From: Eledone cirrhosa
Taxonomy: Eukaryota
NCBI GenBank assembly: GCA_964016885.1
Contig: OZ024741.1
Span: 353,214,001 to 353,278,000 of the forward strand
DNA: 64,000 nt
Direction: 5' to 3'
The position numbers and the translations under genes were made by a program. The notes beneath the pieces are model-generated. The model was given only the letters and a program-made list of their open reading frames with translations. It ran no database searches and was not told the DNA's origin. This document shows, piece by piece, positions 1-13,900 of the stretch (positions are counted from its first letter, which is position 1; every line of letters begins with the position of its first letter).

Positions 1-348
1 GCCAAGGGGGAATTAATAAGGATTATTACTAATATATATTTTGAAAAGTGTTAAAGGCATCTCATCCCTACCCACCAGCGCAGAACTGAACACATTTATA
101 AAGATAATAAATGTTGAACAATGTAAAACGAAAGAATAAGAAAAATCAGATCAGATATGTAGAGACTTTTTTGGCTGTGAGGATAAGGAGGAGGAAAAAA
201 GGAGGAATCAGAAGGAAGAAGAAGACAGTGAAAAAGATAGAGAAAGAAAAAATACAGAGTGAAAAGGAGAGACAACTTTAGGAGTAAAATAAAAATTCAG
301 ACAAAATTAAGGAACAAAAAAAAAAAATACATGTGGATAGAACCACAG

Positions 349-471
<123 letters not shown>

Positions 472-496
472 AATAAAAAAAAATATATATATATAT

Positions 497-561
<65 letters not shown>

Positions 562-1000
562 CACACATATATATATATATACATTCATACACACATATAT
601 ATATAGTAATAATAATAGTTATATATATATATATATATAAGGCTAAGTTCGTTATAGTTAGGCGAAGAGAGAATAAGAGAGAGAAAAAAGAGTGAATATA
701 GATTAATTTTCAATCTTACCAAGTATGGGGATTTCCTTCGTGTGGAACACACGCCTAATATGCCCGTGATAATGAACTGTGAAAAGAAAACAAAAGACAA
801 CAATATTTAGAAAGTGGAAACAGCCAACAGGTTGAACAAACACAGTTTATTTATGTATATATATATAAGAGATTATTTTCACCCTTTTGGTGTAATACCT
901 TTATTACAAGTTGGCATTGACTAAAACTAAAATTAGCTCTAGTTATTCCTGCAATGGAGTTTTCTCACTCTTTTGTTTGTGCGTATATATGTATATATAA

Positions 1001-1060
<60 letters not shown>

Positions 1061-1241
1061 GCACACGCACACACACATACACACACACACACACACACAC
1101 ATTCATACACACGTATATATACTTATATGTAAATATATATATAATCGTGTGTATATGTATGTATGTATGTACATATACATAACATATATAATTATATACA
1201 TATATATATACATACATATATACAAATATACATAAATATAT

Positions 1242-1319
<78 letters not shown>

Positions 1320-1429
1320 ATGTATATTTATATATATATATGTTTGTGTGTATGCATATATGTGTATATGTATATATGTGTATATGTATATATGTGTATA
1401 TGCATATATGTGTATATGTATATATATAT

Positions 1430-1574
1430 AACAAAGGAATTGTGGTAAGGAACCAGATGGACCATAACGCACCAGAGTACTCAATACCTAGGGTAGTAGA
1501 GTGGGAAATAGGAAAAAGTATGACCCCGACGGCAGAGTTCAAGCCGTTTCGAGCGTCGGGGTCATACTTTTTCC

Positions 1575-1577
<3 letters not shown>
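1430..1577 (-). mobile_element. Short (TA)n-inserted fold-back element (family F1)
   Basis: Homologous to 37021-37140 and 37160-37335. Terminal hairpin GGAAAAAGTATGACCCCGACG...CGTCGGGGTCATACTTTTTCC. Confidence 0.75.
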
Positions 1578-1644
<67 letters not shown>

Positions 1645-2751
1645 TATATATGCATGCATGTATGTGTGTATGTGTGTATGTGTGTGTGTGTTTGTATATA
1701 TGCATGCGTGTATGTGTGAATGTGTGTGTGTGATAATGTTCAGCTACATGAAAGGGAAACTATAAAAATAAAGCAAAATATTATATATGAAGTAAAAATA
1801 TAAAATAAAGCTAGTTATACATATATTGAGGTAAATCTCGACAATGGTTTTTACATATATGTCTGTATAAGTCGAGAGTGTTGTATGGTATGTTATAAGA
1901 GTAAGGGTGGGGCCGTGGCCATGTAAAAGTGCACGACATATGTATTACATTTGCAATTTGGCACAAATTCTAAAATAAGTCATATTCAGTCACTTGCTCT
2001 CCATTCTCTTATCCTCCCAATATTTCTTTTACTCTATTTTTATTCATGTTCTTTTCATGTATCTCAGTTCTAACGGTTTCCTCTCTCTCTCCATCTATCG
2101 CCATATTACTTTTATCACCCCTCTTTCTCTTTCTCTCGCTTTCCCTCTATCTATCTACCTACCTACCTACCTATCTCTCTCTCTCTCTCTATCTATCTGT
2201 ATACATACATATATATGTACGCGTATATATGTGTACTTCTGCCTTTCATGTATGTGTTCAAGAGTGTTATTTGTGTATATGCACGTGTTTATGAATGTAT
2301 GTGTATTATCAAATAACCCGCCTATAAACTACAGGGAATTTATTGCATTAAAAAAGTCTTTTCATGTTTATTATTCAATATTTTTAGAGGATAATAGTTT
2401 TTAAGATTCAAAAATATTCTGAAACTGCAAATTTTTCATTTATTAACAGGAAATTTCATTCTCGTCACGAAAAAATAAACATGAGTTAAATGCAAATGTT
2501 ATTGTAACTTCAGATTTTCCAACATATTATATCTAATATCATGTAAATAAATCGTGTTACTAGAATACTCAATAAAGAGTGATAAACTTCACTCATCACC
2601 CTGTTTAACACCACCACCTGGTTATTGGGTACTTTGAGTGGTGTTTACACTGTGTAGGATTTTTAACAGGTTTTTGGTTTAAGTATTCTATGTGTGTGTG
2701 CGGTGGGGATGTGTGTTTATGCAAAACGTCAACAAGAGAGAACATCACAGG

Positions 2752-2800
<49 letters not shown>

Positions 2801-2803
<3 letters not shown>

Positions 2804-3531
2804 AAAATCCCTTCATAGTACCTTCTTTGAGAAAACTGAATTCAGAGATCCACAGACATGGAACTGATTGAAAAGAGGAGACCTTAAAAAGGCTACAGAA
2901 GGAATGCTAATGGCTGCGCAAGAGCAGGCCTTCAAAACGAAGTGGCTGAAACACCATATTTACAAGGCTGGAGACATGATGTGATGGGCAGGGTGATCCA
3001 CTGGCACCTATGCAAAGTAAACAATTTACCACATTCTGAGAAGTGGTATGAGCATAAGCCAGAGTCGGTGATAGAAAACGATCAGGTGAAGGTGCTGTGG
3101 GATTTTAGGATACAGACGGACAAGAAACTGGAACACAATAGACCTGACCTGGTGGTTTTGGACAAGGAAAAAAGATCGTGCCTGATTGTAGATGTGGCCT
3201 GCCCATGCGACACGAGAGTGCAAGAGAAGGAGAGGGAGAAAATTAACCGATACCAGGACTTAAAGTGGGAGGTAAAAAGGATTTGGAACTACCATGAAAT
3301 CAAAGTGGTCCCGATTGTCATAGGCGCACTAGGTACTATCTCAAGGAGTTTCCAGGGTTGGTTAAAGAAAATTGGCCCCGCACCGCTTTTTGGAACACTT
3401 CAAAAGGTATGCTTGCTGAGAACAGCAAGAACCCTCCGATACGTCCTGAATATCTGAGGCTGCAGCTAGTGGCTTGATATTCATTTCAACAAACTTTCCA
3501 GTTAACTAACATCAATGACTGAGACTCAAAG
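2801..3531 (+). mobile_element. 5'-truncated R4/Dong-like (RLE) non-LTR retrotransposon, 3' end, inserted in (AAT)n
   Basis: ORF 2942-3457 has the RLE motif RPDLVVLDKEKRSCLIVDVACP. It is near-identical to the 3' end of the 7.3-10.9 kb copy and is flanked by (AAT)n on both sides. Confidence 0.9.
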
Positions 3532-3555
3532 AATAATAATAATAATAATAATAAT

Positions 3556-3742
3556 TGTTTCTACTTTAGGCACAAGGCCAGCAATTACCCAGTGCATTAC
3601 TGGTACTTTATTTTATCGACCCCGTAAGGATGAAAGGCAAAGTCAACCTCGGCGGGATTTGAACTCAGATCGTAAAGGGACGTAACTATGCTGGAAAGCA
3701 TGGCGTCCGACCCTCTACCGATACTGCCAATCCACCGCCCTA
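3556..3742 (-). mobile_element. tRNA-derived SINE with Nin/Deu-like central domain (family A)
   Basis: Minus strand reads GGGCGGTGGATTGGCAGTATCGGTAG...GAGTTCAAATCCC (A/B-box-like), then GCCTTTCATCCTTACGGGGTCGATAAAATAAAGTACCAG. There are many copies in the window. Confidence 0.8.
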
Positions 3743-3744
3743 AT

Positions 3745-5525
3745 ATAATAATAATAATGATTTCTTTATTGGCCACAAGGGCTGACATCAAGAAAAACAT
3801 TACAGACGGCACAGGACGGTACAGGACGGTACGATGTGGGTTTTGTGCGTGTAAATATTTTTTATTATTTATATAAGAAAAGGAAAAAAAAAGGACATAG
3901 AAACATATATATATATAAACAATAAAAATGAAAATTGAAACAATGAAAAATTCCCCAACAGAGGGGACACCTCCGAGGGTTACTCGTGGCGAAAACCACA
4001 CAAAAGACCACGGCCACCCTGGCCACCAGGGCAAGCGCCCTCTCTCAATTTTTCCATTTCTCAAACTACTGACGTATATTCAGAGCGTATATTCACTCGG
4101 ACCATTCTCGCTACATTTACCCACCTTTCAACAAACTTGCTAGAAAGCAGCACTTGCCTCTCCACCCTGATTTTCCTCTTCAAGTGAAACTTGAAAAAGT
4201 TAATTAGGGATCCGCCGAAGAGGAAAGTGTCTGTCTTTAACCCTTTTAACCTTGTCCACCACAATCTCTTTCGCCATGGCCACCAGGCAGATGAAAACCG
4301 CCTGCCCTTACTCCTCGAAGGAAGACGGCGAGACCATCTGCATTATGGACTCAGTCGATAACCGGATCTGTCCCACACGCGACAGCAACTGTTCGACATA
4401 GCTCCACAAGTCAGCAATGCTCGGGCACTGAACGAGTGCGTGCACGACAGTTTCGTCGCTATGCGGGCATCTCGGACAGGCTCGGCTGACGGCACTTCCG
4501 TTCCTGTAGAGCTTATCTCGAACCGGCAGCGCTCCCCGGTAGCACTGCCAGGCCAGGGATTTTTGGAAGTTATCCATAGGCCCTGGGCTGAAAGTTCTCC
4601 GGAAGAGAGCAAACAGCTGGTTTTCTTCGACGCCCAGTATCTCTGCGAGAACGTCGTCGCTCTTCCCCTCCACTAGTCCTCTATAGAACGCCGAGGTGGA
4701 TGTTCCACCGATACTGGTGCCCAGCTGGCAGAAAGCAGTGAGCGCCTGGAGACATTCCAGTTTCCAAGCGCTATCCCTCAGTCTTTTTCTGACCCAGGAC
4801 AGCAGCTCCGTCAAGGAGACGAGCTGTGGTAAAACGTGCCTGGCGAATGGCGACCACACCTGTTCACCATCAAGGAAACACCAGAGATGTCGCAGCCTCA
4901 GCGCATGTTTGTGCATAATCAGCCATGGTATGCCCAGTCCTCCACGCAACGGGTGTTGACAGCAGATGGATCGACTGACCATGGGAGCGTGTCCCTTCCA
5001 CAAAAAGCGGAAGAGGAGGCGCTCCATTTTGGTGAGAGTTGGGCTGGAGCAAGGGACGACGGTGAGACGGTAGCAGATAACGGATGCGATGTACGCATTC
5101 GCCACCTCCGCCCGGCCTTTCAGGGACAGCTTCCTCTCGGCCTATTTCTGGGTGAGGGAGGCCACCCTGCTCGTCACCTCGTTCCAGTTTTTCTCCATCT
5201 GGAGGTCCGGTCCGAACCAGATCCCGAGCAATTTAACCGGTCCGTCCGTCCAACGCCCCACGACGCTGGCGGACGGCATGGGCTTGCCTCTCCAGGTACC
5301 GAGCTGCATGCCCACCGACTTTTCCTGGTTTATCTTTGCTCCTGTCACCGCTTCGTATTCCTTGAGAACGGTGCCGAGCATCTGGACGTGACTGGTGCTC
5401 TACACCACCACGGTGGCGTCGTCGGCGTAAGCCGACTCGGATTTCCCGCATCCTAGTTGGCGCGGGACGCCCCTCATCGCCCCCAATTTGTGCAGTAACG
5501 CCCCCAGTTTGTGCAGGGACGAGAA
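3745..5525 (-). mobile_element. 5'-truncated Tx1/L1-clade LINE ORF2 3' part (RT C-terminal half plus zf-RVT), frameshifted
   Basis: Minus-strand ORFs give SAYADDATVVV (RT active site), KINQEKSV...LLGIWFG and CPRCPHSDETVVHALVQC (C-terminal zinc finger). The 3' end has AATAAA and an (ATT)n tail. The insert is GC-rich. Confidence 0.85.
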
Positions 5526-5530
5526 TAATA

Positions 5531-6145
5531 GCTCACATTGTATCCGAGTGTAAACACCTAGCCCAGACTCACTATAAAGGCTGGAGACATGATATGATGG
5601 GCAGGGTGATCCACTGGCACCTATGCAAAGTAAACAATTTACCACATTCTGAGAAGTGGTATGAGCATGAGCCAGAGTCGGTGATAGAAAACGATCAGGT
5701 GAAGGTGCTGTGGAATTTTGGGATACAGACGGACAAGACACTAGAACACAATAGACCTGACCTGGTGGTTTTGGACAAGGAAAAAAGATCGCGCCTGATT
5801 GTGGATGTGGCCTGCCCATGCGACACGAGAGTGCAAGAGAAGGAGAGGGAGAAAATTAACCGATACCAGGACTTAAAGTGGGAGGTAAAAAGGATTTGGA
5901 ACTGCCATGAAGTCAAAGTGGTCCCGATTGTCATAGGCGAACTAGGTACTATCTCAAAAAGTTTCCAGGGATGGTTAAAGAAAATTGGCCTGGCCCTGCT
6001 TTTTGGAACACTTCAAAAGGCATGCTTGCTGGGAACAGCAAGAACCATCCGATACGTCCTGAATATCTGAGGCTGCAGGTAGTGGCTTGATATTCATTTC
6101 AACAAACTTTCCAGTTAACTAACATCAATGACTGAGTCTCAAAGA
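5531..6145 (+). mobile_element. 5'-truncated R4/Dong-like LINE 3' end with (AAT)n tail
   Basis: ORF 5594-6070 encodes the RLE domain. The 3' UTR matches the other two copies and is followed by (AAT)n. Confidence 0.9.
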
Positions 6146-6147
6146 AC

Positions 6148-6196
<49 letters not shown>

Positions 6197-6832
6197 TTAA
6201 GGGAAGATTACGCACATGGTGGATAGGGTGTTATGGAATCGCTCCCGTAAGTTTTTGATTTTTTACATATTTAAAACAATTATAATAGAATAATTCTTAT
6301 TACAAATGGGACATAAGATACCAGTCTTAACTCTCAGGAAGTGGATACGCATAAAATTATGGCATAGGACTCCAATATTTAATATTTAATTTTGTATCAG
6401 AAATTTTATAGTCATAAAAGAAAATGGTTACAAATGGTAACAAATGGAAGAAAACAGCCAAATAATTTCACCACCAACACCACCACCACCACCGCCAGCA
6501 CCACCAATACCACAAAAAATTTAGCTAAATACAACAACACCATCACTACAGTATTACTATCCCATCACCACCGTCACCACTGCATCATCGCTACAACCAC
6601 TACTCCTCCACTACCTCCTGTTAAGAGAGGGGTGGTAGTAGTGCCACGACACATGACTAGAAGCGATGAAGTCACCAAAAGATATAAAAAGATATAAATA
6701 GACTGATTTAGTGACCCGGTCAAACAGCTAACAACAACACAAAAAAATAATTATTGTTGTTGTATCTCTAAACTCTCTCAAAATGTTTAGTTTAAACGAT
6801 GTCAAATCTAAACTATAATATAATAATAATAA

Positions 6833-6999
6833 TTGTTTCTACAAGGAGGGCAATTATCCAGTGTATTACTGGTACTTTATTTTATCGACCCCATAAGGAT
6901 GAAAGGCAAAGCTAACCTCGGCGGGATTTGAACTCAGAATGGCAAGGGCCGTAACTCTATGCGTCAAAGCATGGCGTCCGACCCTCTACTGATACTGTC
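6833..6999 (-). mobile_element. SINE family A copy
   Basis: Highly similar to 3556-3742. Confidence 0.8.
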
Positions 7000-7289
7000 A
7001 AATGATAAGCAACAAGTCGAAAAGTTACAGAACAGAACACAGACCAAAACAAATGCAACAACAAAAGAAAAACAAATTTCAAAAGTTTTGAACGCAACAA
7101 CCCCTACTTCCCTCGTAGTTAAAATAAAAAACAGCAGCAGCAGCAGCAACAACACTAGTAACCGATGTTACTGGCCTTGAAAAACAAAAAGGAAAAATAA
7201 AAAACAAACAAAAAAATAAGTCAGACATTCAAATATTACAATGAAACTTATGTTTATTTTTTTAAGTTTTTATCTATTTGTTTGTTTAT

Positions 7290-10200
7290 TTATTTATGTT
7301 CGTCTACAGCGTGATGGTGCCACGCTAAAATCACCGGGGAGTGATGAAATCACCTATGGTTATATTTATTTATGTTCGTCTACAGCGTGATGGTGCCACA
7401 CTAAAATCACCGGGAGTGATGAAATCACTGGGGGTGATGAAATCACCGATGGTTATGTAACCATACATTCACCAATCCTCGATATGAGTGTTTAAATGTC
7501 GAACCTTAACAGTTCGAATAACGATGAAGTGGAGCCTGGAACGTCATGTGAAAGACTCTCACCCAACAAGTGCTCCCTGGCCCAGCAGCAGGGACCTGGC
7601 TGTCATCCAAATACTGGTGGTGTTGGAGGAAGAAGAGGAAAGAAAGGGACAAGAACCAACTGGACGAAAGAATTGAATAGAACTGTCATGGAATGTTACC
7701 TGAAGAGTAACCCCATGGAAAAAAGCTATAAGAAACGGATGCATAACATGTGGAACGAGATTGGTCTATTTAAATTAGATGAACAAAAATTGGCCGGGCA
7801 GGCTCGGGTAATAGGAACTAATGGATGGATAAGCGAGTTGGAACTGGAGGACCTGAACAGAGAGATTAAGTTGGAAATGGAGAGTGGAGTATGTCAGGCA
7901 AGCGAGCCAGTGGGAAATGAAGGTGAAGAGGTTGAGAGACCTGAGGAAGCATCCGAAGCAGACAATGATCTGAATGCTGAAATACATAACAAAGATACGG
8001 CCATTGAGGAAATGAATGCTGACGGGCTAGGACAAGATTTGGTTGATATCCTGAACTTAGTGGTAGCTGAAATGAACAATGATAGTGGAAAACCTATGAA
8101 CCTAAGATTTGTAGACAGGAAAAAGTTAAAAGAAACAACCGCTAAGGTAAACAAAGTCATCCCATACCTTGAGGCGAGGAACCTTCACCAATGCAACAAT
8201 ATCCTCAAAGCAACAGCAAATGCGGTGAGGAAATTACTTGGCATAAAAACGAGAGGAAACAACAAACAAGAAAGATCAGAACCCTGGTGGAAGAAACGAC
8301 TGAATGATCAAATCAAGGAAATGAGAAAGGACATTGGAAAGCTTGAGTCCCTACTAAATGGGACATTACAAAACATAGACACTAAAAATAGATTGGAAAT
8401 AAAGTACAAAACTAGGAGGAAAAAGCTAAATATTATCATAGAGGAACTGAAGCAACGCATTGTAGCAAAAACTGCAAAGATTAGGCGGTATGAGAGCAGA
8501 GTCAGTCAGTATAGACAGAACCGCATGTTTGACAACAACCAGAAGATGTTGTTTGGACAGCTTGAAGGGAAAGAATGAGGCAACGACTTGATCCCTTAGG
8601 CGGAACAGACTAAGACATTCTGGAGAGGAATATGGGAGCAGGATGTTGAACATAATGGTCAGGAAGTGTGGATTGAGACAGTACAAAAGGAGATAAGTGA
8701 ACAAGCACACCAACAAACTGATTTGAGTATCACAGTTGAAACTCTTAAAGGGTAGGCCAAAAAACTAACCAACTGGAAATCACCAGGCCCAGATGGTGTG
8801 CAGGGGTATTGGATTAAAAATATAACATCCCTCCACCCGAAATTGACAATCTTATTCAATGACTGCTTGATGTCGCGTGAGGTACCAGAGTGGTTGACAA
8901 AAGGTACCACAGTTCTGGTAATGAAAGACCGAATCAAGGGTAATGATGTTACCAACTATAGACCTATCATATGTCTGTCCGTAAAGTGGAAACTGTTAAC
9001 AAGCATTGTGTCTGAGGAAATCTACCATCATCTCCATATAAACAACTTGCTACCAGACGAACAGAAAGGATGCCGAAAGAAGTCCCGTGGTTCAAAAGAC
9101 CAGTTACTTATTGATAAGATGGTAATGAGGAATTGCAAGAGGAGACACACTGGTCTTGCCATGGGATGGATAGATTACAAAAAGGCATTCGACATGGTAC
9201 CTCATTCTTGGATAACTAAATGCGTAGAGACCTTCAGACAGTTGTTGAGCAAAAGTATGAAGTCCTGGAAAACAGAGTTAACATCGGGTGGAGATTCCCT
9301 GGGAGGCGTGAAGATCAAGAGAGGTATCTTCCAGAGAGATAGTCTGTCCCGTCTGTTGTTTGTCCTTGCCCTGATGCCCCTGACCATTATACCGTGAAAA
9401 GTGAGAGCAGGATACAAGTTGGGAAAGGGAGAGCTTACCATCAATCACCTCCTCTTCAAGGACGATCTTAAGCTCTTCGGGAAGAGTGAGAAGGAGTTGG
9501 ATGTGCTTGTTGACACTGTCCGTATTTTCAGCAGTGATGTATGTATGCAATTTGGTATTAGTAAGTGTGGAGTCCTTGTGATGAAGAGGGGTAAATTGAG
9601 CAGAAGCAACGGAATCCAGGTACCAACAGGTGAGATGATAAAGGAAATTGACACTGAAGAAGGATACAAATATTTAGGTGTTCTGGGGGAAGATGACATC
9701 AGGAACAAAAAAATGAAGGAATTGATAAGATCTGAGTGCATTAGGAGAGTAAGGAGCGTATTAAAATCACATCTAAATAGTAGGAATGTCATAAGTGCAG
9801 TGAATTCCCGAGCTGTGTCTATTATTACAGTGCGGGAATGTCATAAGTGCACAGAATTCCCGAGCTGTGTCTAGGTACAGGGCGGGAATTCTGAAATGGA
9901 ATGTTGCTGAACAAAAAGAAATGGATAGGAAGACAAGGAAGCTATTGACTATCTACAACATGTTCCACAAGAGGAGTGATGTCGTTAGACTCTACGTAAA
10001 AAGATCTGAAGGTGGAAGAGGTCTTATGGGCATAGAGGATTGTGTTCAGATGGAGAAAAACAACCTGCACAAATACGTCACTGACAGTAGGTAGCCAATG
10101 CTCAAAATTGTACTGAAGTAGAGGACAATTGACCAGGAGATGTCCAAGGAGGAAATAACAACAAGGAGGAAGAGCAACCTTCATGAAAAATCCCTTCATA

Positions 10201-10908
10201 GTACCGTCTTTAAGAAAACTGAATTTAGAGATCCACAGACATGGAACTGGTTAAAAAGAGGAGACCTTAAAAACGCTACAGAAGGAATGCTAATGGCTGC
10301 GCAAGAGCAGGCCTTCAGAACGAAGTGGGTGAAACACCATATTTACAAGGGGGAGGCTAGCCCACTGTGTAGGATCTGTGGAGAGAGAGAGAGGAGACTG
10401 TGGCTCACATTGTATTCGAGTGTAAACGCCTAGCTCAGACTCACTATAAAGGCTGGAGACATGATGTGATGGGCAGGGTGAAGGTGCTATGGGATTTTAA
10501 AATACAGACGGACAAGAAATTAGAACACAATAGGCCTGACCTGGTAGTTTTGGACAAGGAAAAAAGATCGTGGCTGATTGTGGATGTAGCCTGTCCATTC
10601 GAAACGAGAGTGCAAGAGGAGAGGGAGAAAATTAACCGATACCAGGACTTAAAGTGGGAGGTAAAAAGGATTTGGAACTGCCATGAGGTTAAAGTGGTCC
10701 CAATTGTAATAGGCACACTAGGTACTATCTCAAAGAGTTTCCAAGGATGGTTAAAGAAAATTAGTCCTGCCCCGCTTTTTGGAACACTTCAAAAGGCATG
10801 CTTGCTGGGAACAGCAAGAACCCTCCGATAAGTCCTGAATATCTGAGGCTGCAGGTAGTGGCTTGATATTCATTTCAACAAACTTTCCAGTTAAATAACA
10901 TCAATGAC
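7290..10908 (+). mobile_element. Near full-length decayed R4/Dong-like non-LTR retrotransposon (RT + CCHC knuckle + RLE)
   Basis: ORF remnants span 7496-10846: N-terminal domain; RT motifs NYRPI, EQKGC, DYKKAFD, GIFQRDSLS, LLFKDDLKLF, YKYLG; CRICGE...HIVFEC; RPDLVV...DVACP. Several stops and frameshifts. The 5' boundary is uncertain. Confidence 0.9.
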
Positions 10909-13900
10909 AAGTAGAAGGCAGTGTAGGTATAGTAGGTAAGGTAGTAGTAGGCAGTGTAGGTATAGTAGGTAAAGTAGTAGTAGGCAGTGTAGGTATAGTA
11001 GGTAAAGTAGTAGTAGGCGGTGTAGGTATAGTAGGTAAAGTAGTAGTAGGCAGTGTAGGTATAGTAGGTAAGGTAGTATTAGGCAGTGTAGGTATAGTAG
11101 GTAAAGTAGTAGTAGGCAGTGTAGGTATAGTAGGTAAGGTAGTAGTAGGCAGTGTAGGTATAGTAGGTAAGGTAGTAGTAGGCAGTGTAGGTATAGTAGG
11201 TAAAGTAGTAGTAGGCGGTGTAGGTATAGTAGGTAAAGTAGTAGTAGGCAGTGTAGGTATAGTAGGTAAGGTAGTAGTAGGCAGTGTAGGTATAGTAGGT
11301 AAGGTAGTAGTAGGCAGTGTAGGTATAGTAGGTAAAGTAGTAGTAGGCGGTGTAGGTATAGTAGGTAAAGTAGTAGTAGGCAGTGTAGGTATAGTAGGTA
11401 AGGTAGTAGTAGGCAGTGTAGGTATAGTAGGTAAAGTAGTAGTAGGCAGTGTAGGTATAGTAGGTAAAGTAGTAGTAGGCAGTGTAGGTATAGTAGGTAA
11501 AGTAGTAGTAGGCAGTGTAGGTATAGTAGGTAAGGTAGTAGTAGGCAGTGTAGGTATAGTAGGTAAGGTAGTAGTAGGCAGTGTAGGTATAGTAGGTAAA
11601 GTAGTAGTAGGCGGTGTAGGTATAGTAGGTAAGGTAGTAGTAGGCAGTGTAGGTATAGTAGGTAAAGTAGTAGTAGGCAGTGTAGGTATAGTAGGTAAAG
11701 TAGTAGTAGGCAGTGTAGGTATAGTAGGTAAGGTAGTAGTAGGCAGTGTAGGTATAGTAGGTAAGGTAGTAGTAGGCAGTGTAGGTATAGTAGGTAAAGT
11801 AGTAGTAGGCAGTGTAGGTATAGTAGGTAAGGTAGTAGTAGGCAGTGTAGGTATAGTAGGTAAAGTAGTAGTAGGCGGTGTAGGTATAGTAGGTAAAGTA
11901 GTAGTAGGCAGTGTAGGTATAGTAGGTAAAGTAGTAGTAGGCAGTGTAGGTATAGTAGGTAAAGTAGTAGTAGGCAGTGTAGGTATAGTAGGTAAAGTAG
12001 TAGTAGGCAGTGTAGGTATAGTAGGTAAGGTAGTAGTAGGCAGTGTAGGTATAGTAGGTAAAGTAGTAGTAGGCGGTGTAGGTATAGTAGGTAAAGTAGT
12101 AGTAGGCAGTGTAGGTATAGTAGGTAAAGTAGTAGTAGGCAGTGTAGGTATAGTAGGTAAGGTAGTAGTAGGCAGTGTAGGTATAGTAGGTAAAGTAGTA
12201 GTAGGCGGTGTAGGTATAGTAGGTAAAGTAGTAGTAGGCAGTGTAGGTATAGTAGGTAAGGTAGTAGTAGGCAGTGTAGGTATAGTAGGTAAAGTAGTAG
12301 TAGGCAGTGTAGGTATAGTAGGTAAGGTAGTAGTAGGCAGTGTAGGTATAGTAGGTAAAGTAGTAGTAGGCGGTGTAGGTATAGTAGGTAAAGTAGTAGT
12401 AGGCAGTGTAGGTATAGTAGGTAAAGTAGTAGTAGGCAGTGTAGGTATAGTAGGTAAGGTAGTAGTAGGCAGTGTAGGTATAGTAGGTAAAGTAGTAGTA
12501 GGCGGTGTAGGTATAGTAGGTAAAGTAGTAGTAGGCAGTGTAGGTATAGTAGGTAAGGTAGTAGTAGGCAGTGTAGGTATAGTATAGTAGGTAAAGTAGT
12601 AGTAGGCAGTGTAGGTATAGTAGGTAAAGTAGTAGTAGGCAGTGTAGGTATAGTAGGTAAGGTAGTAGTAGGCAGTGTAGGTATAGTAGGTAAAGTAGTA
12701 GTAGGCAGTGTAGGTATAGTAGGTAAGGTAGTAGTAGGCAGTGTAGGTATAGTAGGTAAAGTAGTAGTAGGCAGTGTAGGTATAGTAGGTAAGGTAGTAG
12801 TAGGCAGTGTAGGTATAGTATAGTAGGTAAAGTAGTAGTAGGCAGTGTAGGTATAGTAGGTAAAGTAGTAGTAGGCAGTGTAGGTATAGTAGGTAAAGTA
12901 GTAGTAGGCAGTGTAGGTATAGTAGGTAAGGTAGTAGTAGGCGGTGTAGGTATAGTAGGTAAAGTAGTAGTAGGCAGTGTAGGTATAGTAGGTAAGGTAG
13001 TAGTAGGCAGTGTAGGTATAGTAGGTAAGGTAGTAGTAGGCAGTGTAGGTATAGTAGGTAAAGTAGTAGTAGGCGGTGTAGGTATAGTAGGTAAAGTAGT
13101 AGTAGGCAGTGTAGGTATAGTAGGTAAAGTAGTAGTAGGCAGTGTAGGTATAGTAGGTAAGGTAGTAGTAGGCAGTGTAGGTATAGTAGGTAAAGTAGTA
13201 GTAGGCAGTGTAGGTATAGTAGGTAAGGTAGTAGTAGGCAGTGTAGGTATAGTAGGTAAAGTAGTAGTAGGCAGTGTAGGTATAGTAGGTAAAGTAGTAG
13301 TAGGCAGTGTAGGTATAGTATAGTAGGAAAAGTAGTAGTAGGCAGTGTAGGTATAGTATAGTAGGTAAGGTAGTAGTAGGCAGTGTAGGTATAGTATAGT
13401 AGGTAAAGTAGTAGTAGTCAGTGTAGGTATAGTAGGTAAGGTAGTAGTAGTCAGTGTAGGTATAGTAGGTAAAGTAGTAGTAGGCAGTGTAGGTATAGTA
13501 GGTAAAGTAGTAGTAGGCAGTGTAGGTATAGTAGGTAAAGTAGTAGTAGGCAGTGTAGGTATAGTAGGTAAGGTAGTAGTAGTCAGTGTAGGTATAGTAG
13601 GTAAAGTAGTAGTAGGCAGTGTAGGTATAGTAGGTAAAGTAGTAGTAGTCAGTGTAGGTATAGTAGGTAAAGTAGTAGTAGGCAGTGTAGGTATAGTAGG
13701 TAAATTAGTAGTAGTCAGTGTAGGTATAGTAGGTAAAGTAGTAGTAGGCAGTGTAGGTATAGTAGGTAAGGTAGTAGTAGTCAGTGTAGGTATAGTAGGT
13801 AAAGTAGTAGTAGGCAGTGTAGGTATAGTAGGTAAAGTAGTAGTAGTCAGTGTAGGTATAGTAGGTAAAGTAGTAGTAGGCAGTGTAGGTATAGTAGGTA

